Source: an uncultured Bacteroidota bacterium
Lineage (GTDB): Bacteria > Bacteroidota > Bacteroidia > Chitinophagales > Chitinophagaceae
Direction of reading: 5' to 3'
DNA length: 64,000 nt
Assembly (NCBI GenBank): GCA_963812825.1
Contig: CAWEWO010000009.1
Location: forward strand, 459,087-523,086
Shown: positions 25,055-35,035 of the stretch, one piece after another
Layout of the letters: every line of letters starts with the position of its first letter
Numbering within the stretch: the stretch's first letter is position 1
Made by a program: the position numbers and the translations under genes
Notes under the pieces: model-generated
Databases searched by the model: none
What the model was told of the DNA's origin: nothing
The model's input: the letters and a program-made list of their open reading frames with translations, nothing else

Positions 25055-26410
25055 ATGAAAAATACAAGACGCGCATTTTTGAAAAAAACAACCCTGGCAG
25101 CTTCCGGTACCTTAGTTGCCCATGCAGGATTTACCGCTTCCAGTTACAAACGGATCATCGGAGCCAACGACCGTGTCCGGGTGGGCGTAGTTGGTTTTTC
25201 AGACCGTCACAGGGCCAGTCATATGCCCTGCTTCATGGATCATTATAAGGAAATGAATTTTGATATTGTTGCTGTTTCGGATATCTGGAACCGGAGACGT
25301 GAAGAAGGAGTGGCCCAGTGGAAACAAAAAATGCAGCATGATATAATTGGCTGCCGGAATAATGAAGAGTTGTACGATAAAAAACTCGCGGATGCTGTGT
25401 TTATCAGCACAGCCGATTTTCAGCATGCACTGCATGCCATACAGGCTGTACAGGGTGGTTGCGATGCCTATGTGGAAAAGCCTTTTGCCGAAACGATGGA
25501 AGACAACCGGGCTGCCATGAAGGCAATAAAAGCTTCAGACAAAATTGTACAGATCGGTTCCCAAAGAAGAAGTGGCGCCAATTACCAGGCAGCAAATGAA
25601 TTCATACGTTCGGGTAAATTCGGCAATATCGTTATGGTTGAACTCACCTGGAACGTTAACCAGCCCGGACGCTGGCGCCGTCCTGAACTGGTGCCTTTAT
25701 TAAAGGAATCGGATACCGATTGGAAACGTTATCTGATGAATCGTCCCACGGTTCCTTTTGATGCCAGAAAATATCTTGAATACCGTTTATTCTGGCCTTA
25801 TTCTTCCGGCTTGCCCGGCCAGTGGATGAGCCATCAGATTGATACGGTACATTGGTTTACCGGTTTACAACATCCACGTTCGGTGGTTGCCAACGGCGGA
25901 ATTTACATGTGGAAGGATGGAAGGAAAAACTGGGATACCATTACCGCGGTTTTTGATTATGGCCCTGCTGATGATCTGTCATCCGGATTCCAGGTGAGCT
26001 TTCAATCCCGAATGGATAATGGTGATGAAAACCCCACCGAGATTTATTATTCCAATGGAGGAGAACTGAATTTGAATACCAATAAAATAACACCTACCGG
26101 AGGCCTGACCCAGCGTTTTGCAGAAGCCATGCATATGTCGCCTAACCTTCTTCCGGTGATGGATTTAAAGAATACAGAAAAAGTGGTCAGTTCCGCCAAC
26201 ACCGGCGGTGACAGCCTAACGTCCGCCCATATACGCAACTGGATGGAATGTGTCCGCAGCCGGAAACAACCGCATGCACCTGTGGAAGCCGGTTATTATC
26301 ATTCTATTGCTAATATCATGACGAATGCCGCTGTGCATACCGGGGCAAAAGTAACTTTTGATGAACAATCACAGAATGTAATCGCAGATGGCAAACCGTT
26401 TCTGTATTAA
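25055..26410 (+). CDS. Gfo/Idh/MocA oxidoreductase with Tat signal
   Basis: TRRAFLK, IIGANDRVRVGVVG, YVEKP, VQIGSQRRS, WMSHQID; intact 451 aa. Confidence 0.95.
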   Translation: MKNTRRAFLKKTTLAASGTLVAHAGFTASSYKRIIGANDRVRVGVVGFSDRHRASHMPCFMDHYKEMNFDIVAVSDIWNRRREEGVAQWKQKMQHDIIGCRNNEELYDKKLADAVFISTADFQHALHAIQAVQGGCDAYVEKPFAETMEDNRAAMKAIKASDKIVQIGSQRRSGANYQAANEFIRSGKFGNIVMVELTWNVNQPGRWRRPELVPLLKESDTDWKRYLMNRPTVPFDARKYLEYRLFWPYSSGLPGQWMSHQIDTVHWFTGLQHPRSVVANGGIYMWKDGRKNWDTITAVFDYGPADDLSSGFQVSFQSRMDNGDENPTEIYYSNGGELNLNTNKITPTGGLTQRFAEAMHMSPNLLPVMDLKNTEKVVSSANTGGDSLTSAHIRNWMECVRSRKQPHAPVEAGYYHSIANIMTNAAVHTGAKVTFDEQSQNVIADGKPFLY

Positions 26411-26419
26411 TCAGCTTAA

Positions 26420-27463
26420 TCAAATACGGAAACAGGGAATTACGTTTATTAATTCTTCTGTTTTTTCCCGCACTGCTTTCGGCCCAAACGGCCGGCGATG
26501 TCAGACTGGTCAAAATCAGAAAACGAAGCAGGGATTGATGTATATATCGGATCGTCCTTATTCACCCGCTTTATATACCCGGACAGTCTGGAGAAGCCCG
26601 TTTTATTTCCTATTTACGATGCCGGGCAGGTAGGCTGTGACCCGCGGCTTTCCAAAAGATCCGAGGCCCGGTGAGCCAACAGATCATCCCCATCATCTCG
26701 GACTTTGGTTTACATATGAGAATGTGAACGGCCTGGATTTCTGGAATAATTCCTATGCCATTCCGGTTGAAAAAAAATCACTCTATGGATGGATTAAGAC
26801 TGACCGCATCCTGAATACATCAGATGGAAAAGTTGGCTTGCTGAGCTATCACGCCAACTGGGTAAATCAGCAAAAAGATATTTTACTCGAAGAAACTACG
26901 TGGTATGAATTCAGCGGAAACGGACAGGAAAGGATCATCGACCGTAAAACCGAATTGAGGGCAGATACAGATATAACATTCACGGATGCCAAAGACGGTA
27001 TGCTGGGTATACGCCTGGCACACGAGTTACAAATCCCCGGAAATCAGGACCACCAATTTGACAGACAACAAAGGCAATATAACGCACGTAGTAAAAGATA
27101 CGACCGCCACCGGAAACTATCTGACCAGTGAAGGAAAACATGGTGATTCTGCATGGAGTACCAGAGCTGCCTGGTGTAAAGTATTTGGCAAAATCGGAAA
27201 AGATTCAGTGAGCGTTACAATTTTTGATCATCCTTCCAACCCGAATTATCCTACTTTCTGGCATGCCAGAGGCTATGGTCTTTTCGCGGCAAATCCCCTG
27301 GGAGAAAAAATATTCACACAAGGGAAAATCAGCGTTGAATCTCAAATTGAAAAAAGGGGAATCAATAGTATTTCGTTATCGCATTCTCATTCAAAATGGA
27401 AATCATACGCCGACTGCTAATGATCTGAATCAGATCATGAAATCCTTCGGTAATAAATTTTGA
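26420..27463 (+). CDS. PmoA-like / DUF6807 family exported protein; frameshifted, start approximate
   Basis: EKPVLFPI, TRGFP, DHPHHLGLWF, DFWNN, DHPSNPNYPTFWHARGYGLFAANP. Confidence 0.85.
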
Positions 27464-27532
27464 GGAATTGACTCTACAACGAGTGATTAGTATGTTGCAG
27501 AGTCAATTGCCTCAGGGCTTAAGCTCTTCAGC

Positions 27533-28207
27533 TTAAAAACCAAATCCTGCGTAAATAGAAAGACCGTTATTTTTGGCATTTCCAAGAACATTGCTCGAAA
27601 GATTTCCTGATTTTCCAATATCTGAAAGGCCATAATTATACCTCGCTCCCAACGTAAAATTTTCAATGTCAAAAGCGACTCCGCCTGCCAGTCCGAAATC
27701 CCACCGGTTGAAATTATTTTCATTTAAATCGGTGATCCCGTTGATATGCCCGTTGTTGTTTACATCCTTAATATCGGCATATGCCAGGTAGGCCGCATAA
27801 CCCCCACCATGAATGCTGAAATTTTTAGCCAGATTTACAACAGCTAACAGAGGCAATTCAATATACCCCAGGTTAAACCTGTATTGACCACTTCCCTGAA
27901 CGAAATTGCTGTAATCAGATTTGTTCCCTTTTACACTGTACAGAAGTTCAGGTTGAATGGAAAAACCGGGAGTAACCGGAATTTTCGAATAGATACCGGC
28001 ATTAAAACCGGCCTTCATTTGATTATCAGCAAAATCATTCGAATGCAGGTTGGTCAGGTTAAGACCGCCCTTTATCCCAAATTTTGTGCTGAGTGCTGTT
28101 TCTGAGGTTGTTTGCTGTTGCTGCGCTTTCAATGTGGAAAATACTAACAGGAAAGCTGCAAAGAATAACAGGGCAAATTTTTGCCCAATAGACGATTTTG
28201 TTTTCAT
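27533..28207 (-). CDS. Porin family outer-membrane beta-barrel (OMP_b-brl_2)
   Basis: FGIKGGLN, SIQPELLYSVKG, YIELPLL, ARYNYGLSDI, terminal AGFGF. Confidence 0.9.
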   Translation of the reverse strand: MKTKSSIGQKFALLFFAAFLLVFSTLKAQQQQTTSETALSTKFGIKGGLNLTNLHSNDFADNQMKAGFNAGIYSKIPVTPGFSIQPELLYSVKGNKSDYSNFVQGSGQYRFNLGYIELPLLAVVNLAKNFSIHGGGYAAYLAYADIKDVNNNGHINGITDLNENNFNRWDFGLAGGVAFDIENFTLGARYNYGLSDIGKSGNLSSNVLGNAKNNGLSIYAGFGF

Positions 28208-28237
28208 ATCAGATTAATTTGTTCTGACTATGAATAT

Positions 28238-28252
28238 TCAATTACTGTGCCC
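28238..28252 (-). promoter_or_regulatory. Possible sigma-54 (-24/-12) promoter for the porin gene
   Basis: Minus strand GGGCACAGTAATTGA fits TGGCAC-N5-TTGC spacing, with mismatches. Confidence 0.3.
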
Positions 28253-28273
28253 GGGCTATGCCAGAAAATTCGA

Positions 28274-28900
28274 TTATTTAACCGGGGCCGGTGCCAGTCC
28301 GCTGCGGGAATCTTTGATGAGGAATATAGAATCACTTAAAACGTGTTCCACTTTATTGCAATCGTCAGTATATTTTATCTGCGAATACATATTGATCCGG
28401 TTCAGGTTACTGGTGTTGAAGCCGAAAGTGATCGATTGCATGTTGGAGTAACTGCTATCCTTAGCCAGGGAATAATTTGCCGGAGCATTGTTGTTTATCT
28501 TAATATTCAGCTGCTGGTAAGATTTTTTCGGATTAAAAAAATACACTTCCACATAGGCAGAATCTTCTCCCAATTCATTAATTACCCGGTCCACCATGGG
28601 ACTTCCCTGTGTTTTAATGAGGTAGCCGAGTTCATCATAATTCTCGCTGTAAACAGGAACCTTGTTCTGATAAAATGTATATGACTTCAAAAGCTGATTC
28701 GGATAAAAAAGATAGGCCCCTCCTTTCAGGCTGTCCCAGCCCGCATCATACAGAGCAGTAATTTTATAACTTGAATCCTTAATGGTTATTAATTTCCTGG
28801 GAGAACCTTTAATAATATCGGTGACATCTATAAAACAGGGAACGCCCCTGGATTTGCAGGCAGCCACTGCGACTATCAGCAGGAGAACAAACCATTTCAT
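28274..28900 (-). CDS. Hypothetical lipoprotein
   Basis: Intact 208 aa; lipobox VAAC after a hydrophobic stretch. Confidence 0.75.
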   Translation of the reverse strand: MKWFVLLLIVAVAACKSRGVPCFIDVTDIIKGSPRKLITIKDSSYKITALYDAGWDSLKGGAYLFYPNQLLKSYTFYQNKVPVYSENYDELGYLIKTQGSPMVDRVINELGEDSAYVEVYFFNPKKSYQQLNIKINNNAPANYSLAKDSSYSNMQSITFGFNTSNLNRINMYSQIKYTDDCNKVEHVLSDSIFLIKDSRSGLAPAPVK

Positions 28901-29105
28901 GTTGAGTTATTTTATAATTCTCCATACAACACCCCATTTACCACCCGTTTAAATTAAGGATATTTATCCAAATTTTCCACCAATTATTGATTTTGCGGTT
29001 TAAATCTTCCGCCATTTTTGAAATTAGTTAATGACTGGGTGCAAATTTAAATAAGCTGTATATTTCACTAATCCAATTCAAGGCAGTTCCAGCAATTCTA
29101 AATAA

Positions 29106-30117
29106 ATGAACGCAAGTTTTCTTCGCCTGATCATTACGCTCTTATTTTTTTACTTTTTCTTGTCCATTAATGGCCCAGGACAGAAGCCGCTATTCCCGCA
29201 GGATTCTTCGTCAAACGACATTCAAAATAAGAATGCGAATTATCTGAAGGATACAACCTTGTTGAAAAAAGATACGCTGAAAAAAACGGTGCCGGCAGCC
29301 GCTGCTGATAGTAATGCGCCTACCCCTTCACACTGGGAGTTAAATGTGGTTTATGAATCCAACGATGTAAATAACGGGCGGAAAGATTCAACTGTAATCC
29401 CTCTGATTACACCCAAAGTGAGTTATATATTTAAATCCGGATTTGAAATTGATCTTGGATGTCGGGTATAATGTCAACGAACCTTCTCCGCAGGTAAATC
29501 AGTATACCCTGGACGGGTCATATACTTTCAATCCGGGTAATTACAGTGGCTCGGTAACATTGTCGGGTTTTATATATAGCAAATCAAGCGGCAGTACGAC
29601 CTCTGAACAAAAGGGAAGCCTGGAGTATAGTAACAGTTATACCCTTCCTTTCATTCAGCCGAGCGTAAGTTTTACCTGGACCTGGGGAACTGTGCGCCGG
29701 ACTACCAGGTTTCTCCCGCTCTTCAGCAGCAAATTAATTTTGGAAATAACTGGAATGTTACACCAACATTAACGATGAACGCTGCAACTCAGAATTCATA
29801 CAATGCATATTACCAAAATAGACGTTTACTCCATTCCCCGGGATGGTAAGCCGCCATTACCGGCCAATGTTACCCTTTCCGGTGAAGTATTGAATTCCGG
29901 TAAGTTTCAGATCCTGGATTATGAATGGAGTGCCCCTGTTAATTTTACTGCCGGCAACTGGACATTTAATTTTACACCGACTTATGCTATGCCTGTTAAT
30001 CCCGCCGATATAAAGGCCACACTTCAGGTAGATAATATTGTAAAAACTTATACTTACAAAGAAAAACTTCCGAATACTTTTTACATCCAGATCGGAATTA
30101 CTTATGATTTTCTCTGA
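29106..30117 (+). CDS. Hypothetical outer-membrane beta-barrel protein; frameshifted
   Basis: Signal peptide, GRKDS..PLITP, ILDYEWSAP, terminal IGITYDFL. Confidence 0.65.
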
Positions 30118-30168
30118 TGCTCTTCTTTCCCGTCAAATTTTTCTGCAGGAGATAAATACATTATTCGT

Positions 30169-31486
30169 TTAGAATGCTTCCCGTATATTGAAATAAATAC
30201 CGGAAAAGCCGTTCCCGATGCCATAGTCAATAGCAATATTGGTCCTGTCTTTTTTATTCATCATTATGCGAAGTCCGAATCCGTATCCGGGTGCGACACT
30301 CTCAAATACTTGTTGCTTTGTGAGCGGATTGCTGGCAGTTGTAAAATTTGCAAATACAACACCGCCAAACAAACCATTCTTTGATATCCGGTATCGGAAT
30401 TCGGCTTCTTCATAGATCATATTGTTCCCCCGGAACCTGCCCTGAATATAACCGCGGCCGGATCGGTTGTAAGTATCCCAGGTGATGGCTGGGTTAGCGA
30501 GATATGGGAGATGGCCGGATGTTGTAAGGACTCCCCAGAGCCAGAAAGCGATCAGATTTCTTGGAATCCTTTTACTCACCCCGATATAATTCCTCCATTC
30601 GTAATACAGCATGGTGCTGCTTTGCGTACTGCCGAAAGCGATCGGGTTTACCCGGAAAGCAAGATTCAGATATGATCCTTTATACGCGTTGATCGGGTTA
30701 TCCCGGCTGTCATGAATTACCTGGAACGAAAGCCCGTTGGCGGAATAATGTGCCGTATCAAATCCATAGGCTTTTGAATACACATAGTTGGAAGTGAGGT
30801 GCTGGGGAGAATCGAGGCTCAAATCCTGGTCCTTGACATTAAAATCAATATCAAACATGAGCCCGATACCGGCATACCATTTTTTGTAAACCCGCCTGGA
30901 GAACGTTTCGTACAAACGGATATAATTGAATCGCATATCCTGCGCTGAATCTGTGGTCGGAACATCGGCGCCATTAAAGCTAAAATGATAGGTCTGGTTA
31001 TGTAAGTCCGTAAATACCGAGGCCATAAGTGGGCTGCGCAAAAAACAATAACCGGTTATCGCCGGAAATATACCACTTGTTTTCACTGGTAAAATAATCA
31101 AATCGTAAGTTTAGCAGGATCTGTTTTTTTGTGGTAAATGAAGCATTCAGCAGGGCTGATGACAAACGGGTATTTTTTGGATCGCCATGATATTCCGTTA
31201 TACTCACGGCACCACCTACTACAAAACCATTGGCGGGACTATATCCGATTACAGGCAAAACCGACAGATTCTTTACGCCCTGCTGCGGCACATTACTGAT
31301 GACCTTAGGCGGCTTGCCCATCCATTTTCGGATGACCTGGAAAATGTCTACCTCGTTATAAAAATTGAGAGAGTCCTGAATGGTTTGACCATCCTGGCTA
31401 TATACTGGCATTTGAATGAATAAAAGAATAATTAATCCTGTAACGGAAAGGAAGGTTAGCTTATAATTCCTGATTAACTTATTCAA
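30169..31486 (-). CDS. Omp85 (BamA/TamA surface-antigen) family barrel without POTRA domains; frameshifted, start approximate
   Basis: LPVIGYSPANG, HDSRDNPINAYKG, GRGYIQGRFRG (loop-6 RGY motif), GFGLR...IAIDYG...IYFNIREAF. Confidence 0.85.
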
Positions 31487-31535
31487 ATGCTTGTTAAAAT
31501 TCAATGCTCTTGGGTAAATAAAAAATTCATCGTCC

Positions 31536-32321
31536 TTACAAATTAAATCCAATCCTGAGTTGAAATCCATATTCATCCATATCATATAAGAAACGGTCCT
31601 TACCGCTGCCAGTAGAATAATCCATTGAAATGGCACGGTAACCAAGTCCCAATTGTAATAGTCTGGATGCACGGAAGAAGATATCGGGTTGTAACTGCCA
31701 GGAAAACTGCGATCCTATTCCGAAACCGCCAATATCCCCTCTTAACGAAAACATCCATTTATCGCTGAACCATTTTCTATACCGGGCAACGATCAGCGGA
31801 TCCACCCAGGTATTAGACTGGCTTCCGCTTTTCTGAATAGTTCCGCCTGGTGTTACAACAATATTTAAACCGTTGGTAATTTCATTGATTCTTGCTCCTA
31901 TTCCGGCTTCCAGCCAGGGATTCAGCCGGTATAGGCCCTCCAGTTCAAGCCAGAATTGTTTCAGGTCGGCCGTACCGCTAACGACTCCGTTTTTGGATGA
32001 TGCATCCTCAGACAAAGAAGCGAAAAATATATCTGAAGTAAACGCAAACCGGTCATTGTGCACTTCAGCATATAACATCCCGCCAATTTTAAAATAGCTG
32101 AATACTTTACCTGCCGGAACGCATACAAAAGTATTTGGAAGGTTGCCGATACCTACTGTACCACTCATGCTGGGTGCAAAAAGATAGGGCTCCAGGTAAA
32201 CCTTGTATTTTGAACTGGAATCAGGTGACTGTCCACTTACAAATCGGGAAACGAGTAAAAAAACAGAGACAAGAAAAATCCCGCCAAACTTTTTTATCCT
32301 TGAATCAGGTCTGCTTTTCAT
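31536..32321 (-). CDS. Hypothetical outer-membrane beta-barrel
   Basis: Intact 261 aa; PYLFAPSMSG, WVDPLI, RGDIGGFGIGS, LGYRAISMDY, terminal IGFNL. Confidence 0.8.
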   Translation of the reverse strand: MKSRPDSRIKKFGGIFLVSVFLLVSRFVSGQSPDSSSKYKVYLEPYLFAPSMSGTVGIGNLPNTFVCVPAGKVFSYFKIGGMLYAEVHNDRFAFTSDIFFASLSEDASSKNGVVSGTADLKQFWLELEGLYRLNPWLEAGIGARINEITNGLNIVVTPGGTIQKSGSQSNTWVDPLIVARYRKWFSDKWMFSLRGDIGGFGIGSQFSWQLQPDIFFRASRLLQLGLGYRAISMDYSTGSGKDRFLYDMDEYGFQLRIGFNL

Positions 32322-32475
32322 AAAAATAATTTACTGAATAAAGTAATCTTTTACCGGGGCACAAATGACAGACTGATAATCCCCGAATATAAATAATTAA
32401 TACCAGCCCGTTTTGGGTGATTGTCTGTCAAAATTCTCCTTTGAATCGTTGTACGGAATATTTTTTTATAAATAC

Positions 32476-33312
32476 CTATTTTGGAAAAATCAGGGTGAGC
32501 TGTGCACGCCATCCAAAAGCAGGTTTGGGATTACCTGAAATCGGGATCTGGGGACCCACAGCAAGCTGAACAATTTGTTTTCCGATTTTTGTGATTCCGG
32601 ATACAGGTATGGTAATAATGGTAGAATTTGTGTTGGTTTCCCAGTTCTGGGTTATAGAACCTACCACGCCGATACCTGCTCCACTTTTCCAGTTATAAGT
32701 AAAAAATGGCTGAACAAACAGCTGGCTCACATCCGCACGGTCCGACTGACCGGCAACGGACCAGATCTGGTTTGCCAATGCACCATAGGTAAAACCGTTG
32801 GCCTGTTTCAGGATTACTGCTGTCGGACCAATGCCGAATTTGCCGGAACCAAGATAAGTGTCTGTCGCTGTAGGAACGAGAAATGCAGGACCGGCACCCC
32901 AGGTGAGTCCGTTATGTGTCTTTGATGGAGAGAGAAATGCGCTGATGGTGGCATCGCCTAAACCGGACTGTGATTGACCTTCCCCCGTAAGATTATACTG
33001 GGTTATTATTGGAAAAATATACCGCGTAATTAAATTCAGGCTCTCATTTATCTTAAAGGGTATCACAGGTTGAAAAAACATAACATTTTGTGTTCCCTTA
33101 TTGTCACCCATTCCATAGTAAGTATTATTCTGAAATGGTACACTGATCAGGCTGGCAATCGGATTAGCCAGCTTTTTGGCCAGTTCTGCTGCTTCATTTG
33201 CTGCATCAGGAGGTTTGGGCTTTTCCGCTTCCTGGGCAAATAATATGCAGGACGAAAATGATAAAAAGAATACCATTAGTCCCCCTTTTAGATTTTTATT
33301 GAATGGCATCAT
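32476..33312 (-). CDS. Outer-membrane transporter-like protein (family often mislabelled neuromedin U; MetA/phenol-degradation-like barrel)
   Basis: ELAKKLANPIASLISVPFQ, QPVIPF, GLGD, WGAGPAFLVPTATD, QLTLIFPK. Confidence 0.82.
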   Translation of the reverse strand: MMPFNKNLKGGLMVFFLSFSSCILFAQEAEKPKPPDAANEAAELAKKLANPIASLISVPFQNNTYYGMGDNKGTQNVMFFQPVIPFKINESLNLITRYIFPIITQYNLTGEGQSQSGLGDATISAFLSPSKTHNGLTWGAGPAFLVPTATDTYLGSGKFGIGPTAVILKQANGFTYGALANQIWSVAGQSDRADVSQLFVQPFFTYNWKSGAGIGVVGSITQNWETNTNSTIITIPVSGITKIGKQIVQLAVGPQIPISGNPKPAFGWRAQLTLIFPK

Positions 33313-33355
33313 AGTTCAAAAATACCCAACCCGTCACGTGGAATCTAATTTGCGT

Positions 33356-33372
33356 TCATTTAACAGTAAAAT
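33356..33372 (+). promoter_or_regulatory. Shared 17-bp motif, copy 1 (TCATTTAACAGTAAAAT)
   Basis: Matches consensus YYATTTAACNGWWAAAY; lies between divergent genes. Confidence 0.55.
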
Positions 33373-33454
33373 TGATAAATTACTATAGTGGTCCTTGCCA
33401 TATCAAAAGTTCCCGGGTCAGGACTGATGAAAATAAAGTGGAACTTGCAGATAA

Positions 33455-34540
33455 ATGAAAAGGAAAATGATAAGGCCGGCGGCTTTAATTCTAAGCTTGC
33501 TTTATATGGTATTTTCTCCTGAGAACAGGGTTTTCGCCCAGGAGCCTTTTAAAATATTCCTGGTCGGGGATGCCGGAGATCACGAAGAATCCGGGGAAAC
33601 ACTGATCAACCTACATAAGGAACTCGTCAAATTTCCAAATAGTGCCGTTGTATTCCTGGGTGATAATAGCTACAAGGATGATTTATGGGGGATATTGGCG
33701 TTTGGATTTAAAGGATTCGACAGTTCTGAAAATACGATGGAGAAAATCAGATCCCAGCTTTCTCTTTTAGATAATTACAAAGGTTCGGCCTTTTTTATTC
33801 CCGGAAATCATGACTGGTGGAATCGCACCACTTATCAAAAAGGTTATAGGAAACTGGCCATGGAAGAATCATTCATTGAGGAAAATCTAAAGAAAAATCC
33901 AGATCTCGCCAATCCGGGAAATGTATTCCTTCCTAAACACGGGAATTATGGACCGGAATACGCAGAGCTGAATAATAAAACGATTCGTTTGGTATTCATA
34001 GATACATACAGGATAATTCAAACAGGCATTAAAAAAGGCAAAATTCCGGAAGAAGAAGTTTCCTTTTACAAACGCCTGGACAGCGTAATCCGGGAAGGCC
34101 GGCAGCGGAAACAAAAAATAATGGTGGTCGGACACCACCCTGTTTATTCAGTTGGCCCATACAATAGAATTTTAAAACGTCCATACCTGTTCGGCCGGAT
34201 AAAAGCTTCTAACCCCGATTTCCCTTCCTACCGCGCCATGATTTCAGAGATCAATAAAATTTTCAAACGTTATCCGGGGATATACTACGGCAGTGGCCAT
34301 CTTCATGCACTTCAGTATTTTAATACACCTGATAGTATCCGTTATATTATCAGCGGCGCAGGATCCAAGGAGAAAAAATTGTCCTCAAAAAACATCAGCA
34401 AATATGATGAAGGCCTTTCACGCGATGCGTTCATATTATGGAACACAGGAGGATTTTTTGCAGTTGAGTTCAGCGGCAGGAAAACCAATACAATTCTATA
34501 TTATAATAACGGCACGCAGCAATGTTCCCTGCCTGAATGA
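33455..34540 (+). CDS. Exported calcineurin-like metallophosphoesterase
   Basis: GDAG, LGDN, PGNHDW, GHHP, SGHLH; signal peptide; intact 361 aa. Confidence 0.92.
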   Translation: MKRKMIRPAALILSLLYMVFSPENRVFAQEPFKIFLVGDAGDHEESGETLINLHKELVKFPNSAVVFLGDNSYKDDLWGILAFGFKGFDSSENTMEKIRSQLSLLDNYKGSAFFIPGNHDWWNRTTYQKGYRKLAMEESFIEENLKKNPDLANPGNVFLPKHGNYGPEYAELNNKTIRLVFIDTYRIIQTGIKKGKIPEEEVSFYKRLDSVIREGRQRKQKIMVVGHHPVYSVGPYNRILKRPYLFGRIKASNPDFPSYRAMISEINKIFKRYPGIYYGSGHLHALQYFNTPDSIRYIISGAGSKEKKLSSKNISKYDEGLSRDAFILWNTGGFFAVEFSGRKTNTILYYNNGTQQCSLPE

Positions 34541-34620
34541 AATTAACCGGCGTTGAAGAAGTAATATTGTAATTCTGTCAAGAAGAATTCGGAAAATACG
34601 GTTCGGAGAAATATAACTAT

Positions 34621-34881
34621 TTAATAACTTGATTTAGTAGACCGGATCAGCATATATAATTCTTCCTCGAGTTCCTTCACTATCTCGCGGTATTCAGCCA
34701 GTGCATGTTGTTTTTCCGTTATCTCTTCTTCAAAATCATGTATCATTTTCGAACACAGGAATAAATCAGCGCAAAGAGATTTGAAATCAGAATCCGTTCT
34801 GTACAAATCTTCAATAACGGATTTATGACCCGGGAACATGGTTTTCACCAGTCCTAATTCTGTATGCAGGGTATTCATCAT
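34621..34881 (-). CDS. Small helical hypothetical protein (86 aa), divergent from the wHTH-TolB-TPR gene
   Basis: Intact ORF; FPGHKSVIEDLY...DSDFKSLCAD, coiled-coil-like C-terminus. Confidence 0.75.
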   Translation of the reverse strand: MMNTLHTELGLVKTMFPGHKSVIEDLYRTDSDFKSLCADLFLCSKMIHDFEEEITEKQHALAEYREIVKELEEELYMLIRSTKSSY

Positions 34882-35010
34882 GATTCACATTTATGAACAA
34901 AATGAACATTATTCATTGCTGTTATATTCTTTATCCGTATTTTTAAAACTGTATTCCGACCTCTGTTTACTGAAGGTACTCTATTGCAAATCCAAACGAA
35001 AGCCGCAAGG

Positions 35011-35027
35011 CCATTTAACGGTAAAAC
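35011..35027 (+). promoter_or_regulatory. Shared 17-bp motif, copy 2 (CCATTTAACGGTAAAAC)
   Basis: 8 nt upstream of the ATG of the putative regulator. Confidence 0.6.
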
Positions 35028-35035
35028 CTTATCTG

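Noticed and set aside
26420-27463. Particulate methane monooxygenase
   Set aside because: The PmoA family label is misleading; this is a soluble exported protein with no pmoCAB context.
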